DNA from: Nannocystales bacterium
Lineage (GTDB): Bacteria; Myxococcota_A; Polyangia; Nannocystales; Nannocystaceae
DNA: 64,000 bases
Direction: 5' to 3'
Assembly: GCA_050633305.1 (NCBI GenBank)
Contig: JBOEGF010000002.1
Coordinates: 153,624 to 217,623, forward strand
Below are positions 48,826 through 58,398 of the stretch, in pieces. The notes under the pieces were generated by a model that saw only the letters and a program-made list of their open reading frames with translations, had not been told where the DNA came from and did not search any database. Positions within the stretch are counted from its first letter, which is position 1, and each line of letters begins with the position of its first letter. Position numbers and translations under genes: made by a program.

Positions 48826-49704
48826 TCAGCGGCTCACCAGGCTCGACGCGTCGAGGAATCGATGAGGATGCCCTGCATGGACAGGGTCCTCATCGCAGAG
48901 GTGGCGACTATCTTCGATGATCACCACGTGCGCCCCCTTGGGGAGGTCGCCCTCACTCGTCTCGAGCAATGTCCGCGCCCGAGCCCGTCGCTGCGCTTCG
49001 TCTTCAGCGCGCACGAAGAATCGACACACCGCATCGCCCACCCGCTCCTCCACCGGGCGCCCAAGGTCTTCCCGGATCGCGTCGGTCAGCAATCGGTCCG
49101 CGGTGTCCAAGTCCCCCTTCGCAGCGTGAGCGGAGGCCCGGAGAAACGCGATCGTCTGGTCTCCAACCGCGAGCCCCAAGGCGGTGTCGTAGGCGGTGGC
49201 CGCCTCGTCGTACTTCCGCTGAGCCGCCAAGCAGTTGCCCATGTTGCGCCAGGTGGCGACGTGCTGGGGGTCGGCGAGCATGGCGCTGCGGTAGCAAGCC
49301 AACGCGGCCTCCCACTCTCCCCGCGTGTCGAGGAGCACGCCCCGCGACACCCATGCCTCAGTGAACATCGGATCGGTAGCACTCGCGCGCTCGTACGACG
49401 TCAGCGCCCCATCCATGTCGCCACCCTGTTCTCGGTAGACACCCACCTGGTGATGGATGCGCGCGTCGTCCCCGATCACACCGAGCACGTCGTCGAGCAC
49501 CGTAGCGGCATCGAGCGGTCGCCCTCTGAGCAGCTGAACCTGCGCGTAGGCAGCCGCTCGTGTCAGCGGGTCCGCGCCCTCCAGGGACGTCTCGATGGCT
49601 TCGAGCGCCGCCTGTACCGCGGTAGGGTCCTTGGCTGCGATGCCAGACCGCAGAGCTTCGAATCGTTGGCGGAGGTCTGGGTTACCCATCTCGACGGCGC
49701 GCAT
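48826..49704 (-). CDS. TPR-repeat protein
   Basis: Repeated A.W..RG.....G....A...Y..A....P units. Confidence 0.85.
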   Translation of the reverse strand: MRAVEMGNPDLRQRFEALRSGIAAKDPTAVQAALEAIETSLEGADPLTRAAAYAQVQLLRGRPLDAATVLDDVLGVIGDDARIHHQVGVYREQGGDMDGALTSYERASATDPMFTEAWVSRGVLLDTRGEWEAALACYRSAMLADPQHVATWRNMGNCLAAQRKYDEAATAYDTALGLAVGDQTIAFLRASAHAAKGDLDTADRLLTDAIREDLGRPVEERVGDAVCRFFVRAEDEAQRRARARTLLETSEGDLPKGAHVVIIEDSRHLCDEDPVHAGHPHRFLDASSLVSR

Positions 49705-49860
49705 GGTGACCCGAGATCTCGAGGCTGTCACCGCGTTGTCACACCTTCGCGCGTGATAGCGAGCGCCCCGTGTTTTTGCGCTGGTTCGGGGACAAATGCG
49801 CACCGGCCCTTGCCACTCGTAGCGTGTAGGATGTGGGACCTCGTGGGAGAGACCCAGACC

Positions 49861-50829
49861 ATGCGCACCGCCGCTCTTTGCTTGATCCTTGGAACTTCAA
49901 TCGGTTACGCGGGTTGTACGGTCGACGCTCGCGACAACATGATGGCTCAAACCGGAAGCGCGGGAGCGACGCAGGACTCCGGGGCGACCGCCTCAACGAC
50001 CGACGATCCCAGCGCTGGCTCCACCACCGGCGTGAGTGATGAGACAAGCACGGGCAGCGGCGCCACGACCGAGGACGACACCGACCCCGTCGGCCCCATC
50101 CTCGACGTCGGACCGGACGAGACGGGCGGTATCGAGCTGGCCGAGGTGTTCGGACACAGCGGGGACACCCTGTACCGACTCGACCCCGAGACGCTCGACG
50201 TCGACGAAGTGGGTGAGTTCGACGGCTGCAACGACGGAGCGATCATCGACATCGCACTCGACTCGGACTCGAACATGTTCGGGGTCAGCTACGACTCGCT
50301 GTACGAGATCGACCGCGTCACGGCGCGGTGCACCTTGATCGCGTCCGGCTCGTACCCGACCTCACTGTCGTTCGTCCCCGAGGGCACAGTCACCGTCACC
50401 GGTGAGGCACTCGTCGGCTTCCTCGGCAACCGCTACGTCCAGATCGACACGAACAACGGCAACGTCTCCGACATCGCCATGCTTGCGGACGGGCTGCAGT
50501 CCAGCGGTGACGTCGTCTCCGTCAAGGACGGCGGCACATACCTCACCGTCTTCGGCCCCGGCTGCGAAGACAACGACTGCATCATCCAGTTCAACCCGAG
50601 CAACGGCTTGGTGCTGCAGAACTACGGCACCATCCCCTACGACCAAGTCTTCGGCTTGGCGTTTTGGGCGGGTAAAGCGTACGGGTTCGCACGGGACGGC
50701 GAACTGTTCGAGATCGACTTCGTGGGCGACACCGTTACGACCACCCCGATTCCAGTGCCCGATGCGCCCCCGGGGCTGGAGTTCTTCGGCGCGGGGTCTA
50801 CGACGTCCGCGCCTCCCGTCGCCGGCTGA
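49861..50829 (+). CDS. Hypothetical lipoprotein, probable beta-propeller
   Basis: Signal ending YAGC, acidic linker, LDVG, DIALD, FGLAFW, GAGSTT. Confidence 0.8.
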   Translation: MRTAALCLILGTSIGYAGCTVDARDNMMAQTGSAGATQDSGATASTTDDPSAGSTTGVSDETSTGSGATTEDDTDPVGPILDVGPDETGGIELAEVFGHSGDTLYRLDPETLDVDEVGEFDGCNDGAIIDIALDSDSNMFGVSYDSLYEIDRVTARCTLIASGSYPTSLSFVPEGTVTVTGEALVGFLGNRYVQIDTNNGNVSDIAMLADGLQSSGDVVSVKDGGTYLTVFGPGCEDNDCIIQFNPSNGLVLQNYGTIPYDQVFGLAFWAGKAYGFARDGELFEIDFVGDTVTTTPIPVPDAPPGLEFFGAGSTTSAPPVAG

Positions 50830-50960
50830 GCGGGCGGGAACGCTCGGGAGAGCTTCGGTCTCTCGTATCCGAGCCCGCGCATGTGAGCAGAGGCCAGTCT
50901 CGAGCGCGGCGTGGGCCCCGCATCTGTGTTTGAATCCCCGTGGGGATGGGGAACGACGTG

Positions 50961-52364
50961 ATGCGAAGCAAGAGCCTGAGAACGAGTGCACTCGCAACAG
51001 CGGTGTTGCTCGGTTGTGGTGGAGATGCCTCAACCGACGCCAACACGGCCGATGGATCTGGCGGACTGACAACGATGTCCGGCGTGGGCAGCGAAGGTGA
51101 GGGCGGAGGCGAGACTGGCGGGTCCATGTCCGCAGGAGGCTCGACCAGCGGACCCGCCACAGCGGCAGGCAGCGAGGAGGGCGGCGGAGGCGAGGACAGC
51201 GATCCCGGGCCGGTCAAGTTCGACTTCGGGGCGATTCCCGACGCGGGCCAGAACGTGGGCGGGTGCCAACCTGGGGGTGGCAACGACGAAGGGAAGAAAG
51301 ACGCACCTGACTTCTCGTATTTGTGGGCGGCAAACAGCTCGGAGGGCACGATCTCCAAGATCGACACCCAAACCGTCACCGAAGTCGGTCGATTTAGGAC
51401 GGGCCCAACCACCACCGGGAGCCCATCTCGCACCTCGGTGAGCCTTTCGGGCGACGTTGCAGTTGCCAACCGCAACGGCGGCATCACCAAGATCTACGCT
51501 CTCGAAGAAAACTGCCAGGACACCAACGGCACCCCTGGGATCCAAACGTCAGTGGACAACGTGCCACTAGCCTGGGACCAGGAGGAGTGCCGCGCATGGC
51601 ATATACCGTTCAACTACGACAGCCAACGACCCGTCGCGTGGGCTCCGGGCACGTGGAACTCCTCCACCTGCTCGTGGGAGAACGAGCTGCTGTGGACCGC
51701 CGGTCGTGTCGGCCAAGGCACCACCGACGAAGTCGTCCTCATCGACGGGGACGCAGGCATCGTCCTCGAAACGGTGAACATTCCGGGTCTGAAGCAGGAT
51801 TCCTTCGGACTGTATGGCGCAGCTGTCGATGCAGACGGCAACCTCTGGGCCACCGGCTGGGCAACAGGAAACCATATCGTCCGCGTGACCCTCGAGGACA
51901 TGGAGGTCACCGTTTGGGACGGGCCCTCCAGCACGGGCACGAGCTCCCACTGGTACGGCATGACCGCGGACGTCGATGGCTACATCTGGAACTGCGGTAG
52001 CCGAGCCGCGCGTTTCGATCCCGCGACCGAGTCTTGGACGGTAAGCCCAGAACTCAGCGTCTCCTCGGGCTGCATGGCCGACGGAGAGCCGGGGGGCCTC
52101 TTGTGGATGTCCTACTTTGGTGGAGTCCGAGGCGTCGATCGGACGACGTTCGACGTCGTGCACAACTTCGCCACACCAACCTCCTACGGAGTGAGCATCG
52201 ACTTCTTCGGGAACGTCTGGGCCGTCAACGGCAATGGCGCGCACCGGGTCGATCCTAGCGATGGCACTGTCACGTCGTACTCGGGGCTCAACGGGGCCTA
52301 CACGTACTCGGACATGACCGGGCACTCGCTCAGTGTCGTGGGTGGCGGAACGCCTAGCGGTTGA
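50961..52364 (+). CDS. Lipoprotein with a Vgb/SMP-30-like beta-propeller
   Basis: Lipobox LLGC; WAANS..GTISKIDT, PSRTSV, YG..VD.DG..W repeats, YTYSDMTG. Confidence 0.82.
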   Translation: MRSKSLRTSALATAVLLGCGGDASTDANTADGSGGLTTMSGVGSEGEGGGETGGSMSAGGSTSGPATAAGSEEGGGGEDSDPGPVKFDFGAIPDAGQNVGGCQPGGGNDEGKKDAPDFSYLWAANSSEGTISKIDTQTVTEVGRFRTGPTTTGSPSRTSVSLSGDVAVANRNGGITKIYALEENCQDTNGTPGIQTSVDNVPLAWDQEECRAWHIPFNYDSQRPVAWAPGTWNSSTCSWENELLWTAGRVGQGTTDEVVLIDGDAGIVLETVNIPGLKQDSFGLYGAAVDADGNLWATGWATGNHIVRVTLEDMEVTVWDGPSSTGTSSHWYGMTADVDGYIWNCGSRAARFDPATESWTVSPELSVSSGCMADGEPGGLLWMSYFGGVRGVDRTTFDVVHNFATPTSYGVSIDFFGNVWAVNGNGAHRVDPSDGTVTSYSGLNGAYTYSDMTGHSLSVVGGGTPSG

Positions 52365-52437
52365 TCTCGCCTCTGCGCCTCGGCACGGATTCCATGCCGC
52401 CAGCGCCCCGGGGATACGACCGCACGACGGGTCGTGA

Positions 52438-52677
52438 TCACACCGCGCGGAGGAGCACCGACTCGATGATGCCGACTCGTCCACTGCTCTTGGGTGGGTC
52501 GGGAACCAACGAGCGAACATTCGCGGCTCGCTCTCGACAGCCCGGGAACGTCTGCGCGACGAAGGCGTTGCTGTTTGCCGCCTGCTGGCCTCGGGGGGCG
52601 CTGAACAAGCGGACCTCAAGGTCGGAGAAGGAGCTCAGGAGGGTGTAAGAGTCGTGCGTCGTGGTCATGGCGGTCAT
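52438..52677 (-). CDS. Small hypothetical protein
   Basis: 79-aa ORF with GC-rich third codon positions in an otherwise empty gap. Confidence 0.45.
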   Translation of the reverse strand: MTAMTTTHDSYTLLSSFSDLEVRLFSAPRGQQAANSNAFVAQTFPGCRERAANVRSLVPDPPKSSGRVGIIESVLLRAV

Positions 52678-52911
52678 CCCGATACGCCCCCGTTTAGTGC
52701 GAGTTCGGATCCATTTTGGGACATCACGCAATTTCGAGGGGTTGCAGGGGGCCGCCCGGCCGGTCCCGTTCGTTGGTCAAAGTCCCAACACCGAACCGTC
52801 AGTGGAAGCGTCAGTCGACCAACGCTGAGCCAGCGGGCCGTTTCCTTCGCCTAAACCCCGTGTCTCTGGCGCGACCGGGTTGGCGCCGGATTCGAGGGTC
52901 GCGGTCGTGTT

Positions 52912-53472
52912 TCACACAGTCCACGAGACGTTGAAGATCGCCCCGTCGGGGGTGGCCTCGAACTCCACTTTCGTACCCCGTCGGCCCGAGACCGCGAGCA
53001 GGGTTTCGATGCCCGTCGCGACACCCACCCGCCGCAGGTCGGACATGCCTTCCCAACCGGAAAGCACCGCCCTCGCCTGCCCCGGGCCGATGATCTTCGG
53101 GACGATCTTGCCCGCCGAGTGACCACGCCCGTAGACGATCGGCGCCCGCAGCAACAATGCACGCGGGCTCGAGAGACGGATCAAGACCTTCCAGACCGAG
53201 CGAAGCGTCTGTTCGATGCCTTGCCTCACCACGTCGGAGTAGAACGACAGCAGCTCTCGGCCGGCCTCGTTGGCGATGGCGTAGTAGAGGTCGTCCACGT
53301 CGGTGGCCCACATCCAAGCTGCAGGAACCGCAGCGTGCAGGCGGTCCCGTTGCTCCTTGGGAAGGGACGCGAAAGCCCTCTCCACGGCGGCGCTCCCCAC
53401 TTCTTTGCGGAAGAACTCGACGTTCCGCAGGTAGACCGCTCCGGAGAGCGATGGGACGGCGCTGTCAGGCAC
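52912..53472 (-). CDS. Hypothetical protein of myxobacterial DUF2378/H-NOX-like type
   Basis: VPAAW, SPRALLLRAP..Y...H..G, C-terminal FNVSW. Family assignment is tentative. Confidence 0.65.
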   Translation of the reverse strand: MPDSAVPSLSGAVYLRNVEFFRKEVGSAAVERAFASLPKEQRDRLHAAVPAAWMWATDVDDLYYAIANEAGRELLSFYSDVVRQGIEQTLRSVWKVLIRLSSPRALLLRAPIVYGRGHSAGKIVPKIIGPGQARAVLSGWEGMSDLRRVGVATGIETLLAVSGRRGTKVEFEATPDGAIFNVSWTV

Positions 53473-53807
53473 TGCGCGATATTGTACGCCCTTCCGGCCC
53501 GTCGGGCGCCACAGCGGCCGGGACAGCGGAGCCGCTCGCGGAGCGCTGGCAGACACGCGATGCGAGCGGGTGCGCGGCCTCGCCCCTCAGCGATCTGCGC
53601 TCACGGCGCAGGGATTGAGGCAGGTCGGGGCGATACCGTGCGCCGCGGGTGGCTGCTGGGGACCGGTCGCACCACGGATTCGCAACGCAGCCCCGCTCTG
53701 AGGTTGCCGATCGACCGACCGCCGAACCGAGCGCGGCGGGGTTGTGTATGTCCCTACTCGGCGTTTCACCTTGCGCCAGGGAGGGGCTTGTCTCAAGGTA
53801 GAGAAGC

Positions 53808-54077
53808 GTGACAGCGCCATCTAAAGAGCGTCGTAAGGGCCGTTCCACGGCCGGACGGGTGAGCGGAATCCGCTTCGACTGGGACGCCCATGGTGCAGAG
53901 GGCTATGCCGTAGACGTTCAGGAACGTAGCCACGAGGACTCCGGCGACCTCATCGCGGCCAAGATCCGTCGCGATTGGAGCGAAGAGGCCGCGTCCGCCG
54001 AATCGTCGACCGAGGCATCTCCCGAGGCGTCTCCCGAATCGTCTTCTTCCGAAGAAGAGTCGGTCGACAACGCTTGA
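53808..54077 (+). CDS. Small hypothetical protein with acidic Ser/Glu tail
   Basis: 89-aa ORF with a basic N-terminus and an EASPEASPES tail. Confidence 0.55.
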   Translation: MTAPSKERRKGRSTAGRVSGIRFDWDAHGAEGYAVDVQERSHEDSGDLIAAKIRRDWSEEAASAESSTEASPEASPESSSSEEESVDNA

Positions 54078-54134
54078 GCGTCCGCCTAGCCGGAACAATT
54101 CAAACCTGTCCATGCAGGACACTCGAGACAAGGT

Positions 54135-55022
54135 TCAGGCGACGCCGATGTCGCGCAGGCGCTCCATCAAGAAGTCGAGCGCCAACACCTCGGGGTCTTC
54201 ACTCAGTCGAGCGTCGTTGCGCGGATGACAGAAGAATGGCATCGAGTAGCGCGAACGATTGGCATCGCCAGGAGGGTTCACGACCCGGTGCGTGGTCGAG
54301 CGGACCCGCCCCCCGGTGAGCAACTGCAGCATGTCGCCGCTATCGCAGACCATGACGTTCGGAGGCGTCTGCACATCGATCCACTCGCCTTCGCGCGTCA
54401 TGAGTTGCAGGCCGGGCTCGGTCGCAACCGGAAGCACGGTCATCAGGTTGATGTCCTCATGCGCCGCTGCCCGCACCGCACCCGGCTCGACCTCGGAAGG
54501 CAGCGGCGGATAGTGGATCACCCGAATCACCGAGTTTCCACCGCGGGTGAAGTCCTCGAAGAATCCCTCGGGCTTCTCGAGGTAGGCGCCGACGCTGGTC
54601 AGCAGAGTGGTTGCAACCCGATCGAGCTGGTCGAACAGCGCGTTGAACGTCGGGGCGAATTGCGGAAGCTCCGCCGGCTCCACGTTTGGCACCACGTCGC
54701 CCTCACGACGACCCACGTGCCAGAATTCCTTCATGTCGGGCACCGTTTGCCCCTTGGCGTGCTCGACACCCAAAGAGGTGTATCCACGCTGGCGACCGGT
54801 GGTGGTGTCCTCGTATCGTTGCTTGTCCGTGGGCGGCAGCTCGAACAACGCACGGGCCTGCGCGTACGCGCCGGTCAGGAGCGGCTCCGGGACACCATGC
54901 TCTGTGATCGCGACGAAACCGAAGGTCTCGAGAGCCTCACCGAGCGTCTGCACGGCTGCGGCACTCCGGGTCGCGGGCGCCAGGTCGTGGAGGCTGATCA
55001 CCGGGATCGTCGCGTCTGCCAT
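54135..55022 (-). CDS. 2OG-Fe(II) oxygenase, isopenicillin N synthase family
   Basis: FGF, RGY, AHEDINL (HxD), STTHRV, RYSMPFF (RxS). Confidence 0.93.
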   Translation of the reverse strand: MADATIPVISLHDLAPATRSAAAVQTLGEALETFGFVAITEHGVPEPLLTGAYAQARALFELPPTDKQRYEDTTTGRQRGYTSLGVEHAKGQTVPDMKEFWHVGRREGDVVPNVEPAELPQFAPTFNALFDQLDRVATTLLTSVGAYLEKPEGFFEDFTRGGNSVIRVIHYPPLPSEVEPGAVRAAAHEDINLMTVLPVATEPGLQLMTREGEWIDVQTPPNVMVCDSGDMLQLLTGGRVRSTTHRVVNPPGDANRSRYSMPFFCHPRNDARLSEDPEVLALDFLMERLRDIGVA

Positions 55023-55086
55023 CCGGCGGAGGTTTCACCCGTCGGAGCAGACCGGTCAAGTCGCCTACGTCTGCTACAGTGAAAGC

Positions 55087-55692
55087 GTGGGACCCACACG
55101 GAACTCCAAAGGGCAGCTCGAAGACTACGGCCATCGCGAAGTCGAGCTCCCAGCCGAGTCCGAGACCCCCGCCGGGTGGGTGCGCGCTGATGGCACCCAG
55201 GAGGGCTATGCACCGTCGGCCGACGTCGTGTTCGACAACAATGGGCGCCCCCAGGGGCTCTCCATGCAGCCGTTGCGCGGCCGCGCCGCCGTCACCACCA
55301 TCCTGAGGTTCTTCAACCTCAGCGCGCTCGACCGCAAGGGTGCGTTGGCTCCCGAGAAACAGGTCGAGCACCGCCACCTTCAAGTTCAGCTCCAAGACGG
55401 CGCCAGCCACCGCGGTTTGCGCGACTGGATGAGGCTCCCAGTCAGCGTCGAAGTGCTCGTCGGGCCCCGGCAGACCCCTGGGCTCATGAAAGACCTCGGG
55501 GCCGGCGGTTTGCGACTGGAGGACGTCGAGGGGCGATTCATGGTCGGCACCCGCATCGACGTGATGATGCCCTTGGCCCTGGGTCAGCGGCGCGGGACGA
55601 TCGTGTTCACGAACCGGGTCGCGTGGGCGAACGCCATGCGAAAGACGCTGGGCCTCGAATTCACCGCGGCCCCGAGCTGGCACCAGCGATAG
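55087..55692 (+). CDS. PilZ-domain protein
   Basis: RDWMRLPV and DLGAGGL (RxxxR / DxSxxG-like), RVAW, LGLEF. Confidence 0.75.
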   Translation: MGPTRNSKGQLEDYGHREVELPAESETPAGWVRADGTQEGYAPSADVVFDNNGRPQGLSMQPLRGRAAVTTILRFFNLSALDRKGALAPEKQVEHRHLQVQLQDGASHRGLRDWMRLPVSVEVLVGPRQTPGLMKDLGAGGLRLEDVEGRFMVGTRIDVMMPLALGQRRGTIVFTNRVAWANAMRKTLGLEFTAAPSWHQR

Positions 55693-55705
55693 GCTCCGCG
55701 CTCGC

Positions 55706-56623
55706 GTGTCTGCCCGAGAACTGATCGCCCTGGGAACCGGCTCCCAGGTCCCCTCGCGCTATCGAAACCACAACGGCTACCTGCTGCGGTGGGATGACGA
55801 GGGTGTGCTCTTCGACCCCGGCGAAGGGACCCAACGCCAGATGATCTTCGCAGGCGTAGCCGTCAGCGCGATCACCCGCGTCTGCGTCACGCACTTTCAC
55901 GGCGACCACTGTCTCGGCCTCGCCGGCATTACGCAGCGACTCTCGCTCGACGACGTGCCGCACCCCATCCACGTCTACTTTCCCGCGAGCGGACGCAAGT
56001 ACTTCGACCGGCTCCGGTATGCGTCGATCTATCGCGAACGCGCCACAGTCGTGCCGCACCCCATCGAAGACCCCAACGCGGGAATCGACATGCCTTCGTT
56101 CCGCATGACGGTGGCCCCGTTGGACCACGGCGTGCCCACGCTCGGGTACCGAATCGACGAACCGGACGGAGTCCGCATGCTTCCCGAAGAGCTGGCGAAG
56201 CGCGGCGTTGTGGGACCTGCGATCGGGCAGCTCGCGCGCGAGGGGCAGATCGAGGTCGACGGTGACACGGTACGCCTCGAGGATGTCAGCGTCGCCAAGC
56301 CAGGGCAGTCCGTCGCGTTCGTCATGGATACGCGGCCGTGCGCCGGGGCGTCCGCGCTGGCCAAGGACGTGGACCTGCTCGTCATCGAGTCCACCTACTT
56401 GCATGAGGACGCCAAACTCGCGCACGACCACATGCACATGACCGCGGTTCAGGCGGCCACCATTGGCCGGGACGCGGGTGCACGCCGGGTTGTGCTCACG
56501 CACTTCTCACAGCGCTACCCTTCGCTGGACCCGTTCATCGAGGAAGCATCGGCGATTCACCCGGATGTGGTCGCGGTGGTGGATGGGCAAAGGGTGTCGG
56601 TGCCGAAGCGCAGAGAGGTGTGA
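55706..56623 (+). CDS. rnz: Ribonuclease Z
   Basis: LGTGSQVP..RN, FDPGEGTQRQ, THFHGDHCLG, DTRP, ESTY, HMT, THFSQRY. Confidence 0.94.
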   Translation: MSARELIALGTGSQVPSRYRNHNGYLLRWDDEGVLFDPGEGTQRQMIFAGVAVSAITRVCVTHFHGDHCLGLAGITQRLSLDDVPHPIHVYFPASGRKYFDRLRYASIYRERATVVPHPIEDPNAGIDMPSFRMTVAPLDHGVPTLGYRIDEPDGVRMLPEELAKRGVVGPAIGQLAREGQIEVDGDTVRLEDVSVAKPGQSVAFVMDTRPCAGASALAKDVDLLVIESTYLHEDAKLAHDHMHMTAVQAATIGRDAGARRVVLTHFSQRYPSLDPFIEEASAIHPDVVAVVDGQRVSVPKRREV

Positions 56624-56948
56624 CGAGGCTCTGCTGTCAGCCGCCGCGGTGCGACTCTCCCTCAAAGACGCCCGGACGCCTGAGCCGGCACACGGCCGAT
56701 GAGAGCTCTGGCCGAAGTCAGCGCCTCCGGACGCCGGCGGAGGAACCCGAGCAGACAACACACCTCGAAGTGCTGTCGTCCGCCGACTCTCGCACGAGCG
56801 GATCAGCCGACTCGCTGGAAACCGTCGAGACGTTTTCGGTAGGTCGGTGGATCGCTTCAAGATCGACGCGCCTTGCCCGTAGGTCCGGCGACGTGCGTGC
56901 CTTCGATGGTTCGCTGGAGGCAAACGCAATACGATTCGGGTCCGCCAC

Positions 56949-58034
56949 ATGGCCGAACCCAAGAGCACCACCCAGCTGTACGCGCAATGGCGAGCCCCAC
57001 GACGCGGGCACTCGCATGCTGAGGCGCTCACCAATCCGGTGTGGAGCTGGCTTGTCGAAGAAGAGCTCAGCGCGTACGAGGCAAACCAGAGGTTCGGGGG
57101 ACCGAGTTCCGTCAAGGCCGGACCTGCTTGGTGCTTCCAACGTATGGGGCAGACCGAAACGCTCTTGCCCGACGGCCGAACGGTCTACGTAGCGGGCGAG
57201 CATGAGGACTACTACGACCCCAATTTCTACATCTACAACGATGTGGTCATTGCCGAACCGGATGGCGCCATCGACATTTTTGGCTACCCCGCCACGGATT
57301 TCCCGCCAACGGACTTCCACACCGCGACACTCGTGGGCTCGACGATCATCCTGATCGGGAACCTCGGGTACCCCGAGGACAGGGTGGCTGGAACGACCCA
57401 GGTTCTGGCGTTCGAGTTGGGGAGCAAACGCGTGCGGACACTCCACCCATCCGGGGATGTCCCTGGCTGGGTTTCCTCTCACAAAGCTGAGCGCGTGGAC
57501 TCGGCCATCGTAGTTCGCGAAGGCACGTTCTACGAAGAGGAGATCTGCGAAATCATCGACGAGTGGAGCCTCGACACCATCCGCTGGGTCTGGACACGGC
57601 TCACCGATCGCCAGTGGCCCACCATCCGCCTCGCGCGGGCCGACCAAACCTCAAATCGTCTATTCGATGTCGAACAGTTCGCATATTACTCGAGGCTCAC
57701 CGAGGACAACCGATTCAAACAAGGGGGCCTGGCTTCCTGCCTGGAGACGCTCGGCGACACGCCGGATTTGACCCTGTTCGAGTCTCGCTACCGGCCCTCG
57801 ATGGAGCACGAGGTGCTCACCAACGCGGACGAAGACAGCGACGAGTTTGGCATCCACCGCATCTCGGTCGAAGGCGTCGTCGTTCGGTTCAACGAAGGGC
57901 AGCTAGACGTCACGATGACGGTCGAAGGCACGCTCCCCGAGACGACTGCCCAAGGACTCGCCGACGAACTAGAGCGCAAGCTCGCTGCGCTCGAGCGCAC
58001 GCCCTACATCGCCACTGCGGTGAAGCGACGCTAG
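56949..58034 (+). CDS. Conserved hypothetical protein with Kelch-like segments
   Basis: WCFQRMGQ, AGEHEDYYDP.F.IYNDV, FPPTDFHTATL. Confidence 0.75.
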   Translation: MAEPKSTTQLYAQWRAPRRGHSHAEALTNPVWSWLVEEELSAYEANQRFGGPSSVKAGPAWCFQRMGQTETLLPDGRTVYVAGEHEDYYDPNFYIYNDVVIAEPDGAIDIFGYPATDFPPTDFHTATLVGSTIILIGNLGYPEDRVAGTTQVLAFELGSKRVRTLHPSGDVPGWVSSHKAERVDSAIVVREGTFYEEEICEIIDEWSLDTIRWVWTRLTDRQWPTIRLARADQTSNRLFDVEQFAYYSRLTEDNRFKQGGLASCLETLGDTPDLTLFESRYRPSMEHEVLTNADEDSDEFGIHRISVEGVVVRFNEGQLDVTMTVEGTLPETTAQGLADELERKLAALERTPYIATAVKRR

Positions 58035-58398
58035 GAGGCGTCCCCAGCCGGCGCCTCCCTCCGTTGCACGAGATCACGTCTTCTCCACGGATTCGCTCCT
58101 CAACACTCCCGCCACCTCGAATCCCCGCACGACATCCGCGGCGGCCAACTCCGGGTTCCGCGTCGGAACTGGCGGTCGGCGTCCTCAACGACCCATGTAC
58201 ATGACTGCTCGGACACAAAGGCCGAGCGCCCGGCACGGACAACCTCGACGGGACATGCGAGAGTTTCTCGCAGGGCTCCGACTGCGCCTACGGCACCGAC
58301 GAGGCCAATTGCGGGGGCTGAGAGCCCACTCCGTGCCCCTCACGGCGAGGAGGCCGGCAGTCTTCGAGACATCAGCGCAGCCGTGGTATGAGCGACAG

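Noticed and set aside
48679..49860. Long N-terminal extensions in the ORF track (also at 1041, 5989, 8650, 54607, 58195)
   Set aside because: They overlap other genes or precede clear signal peptides or family starts, so downstream starts were used.
52714..52724. TTTTGGGACAT shared with 39276-39286
   Set aside because: An 11-mer match is expected by chance in 64 kb, and the flanks do not align.
56620..57192. 190-aa ORF overlapping the rnz stop
   Set aside because: Overlaps the better-supported 56949 gene out of frame and has Ser/Arg-rich, non-coding-like composition.
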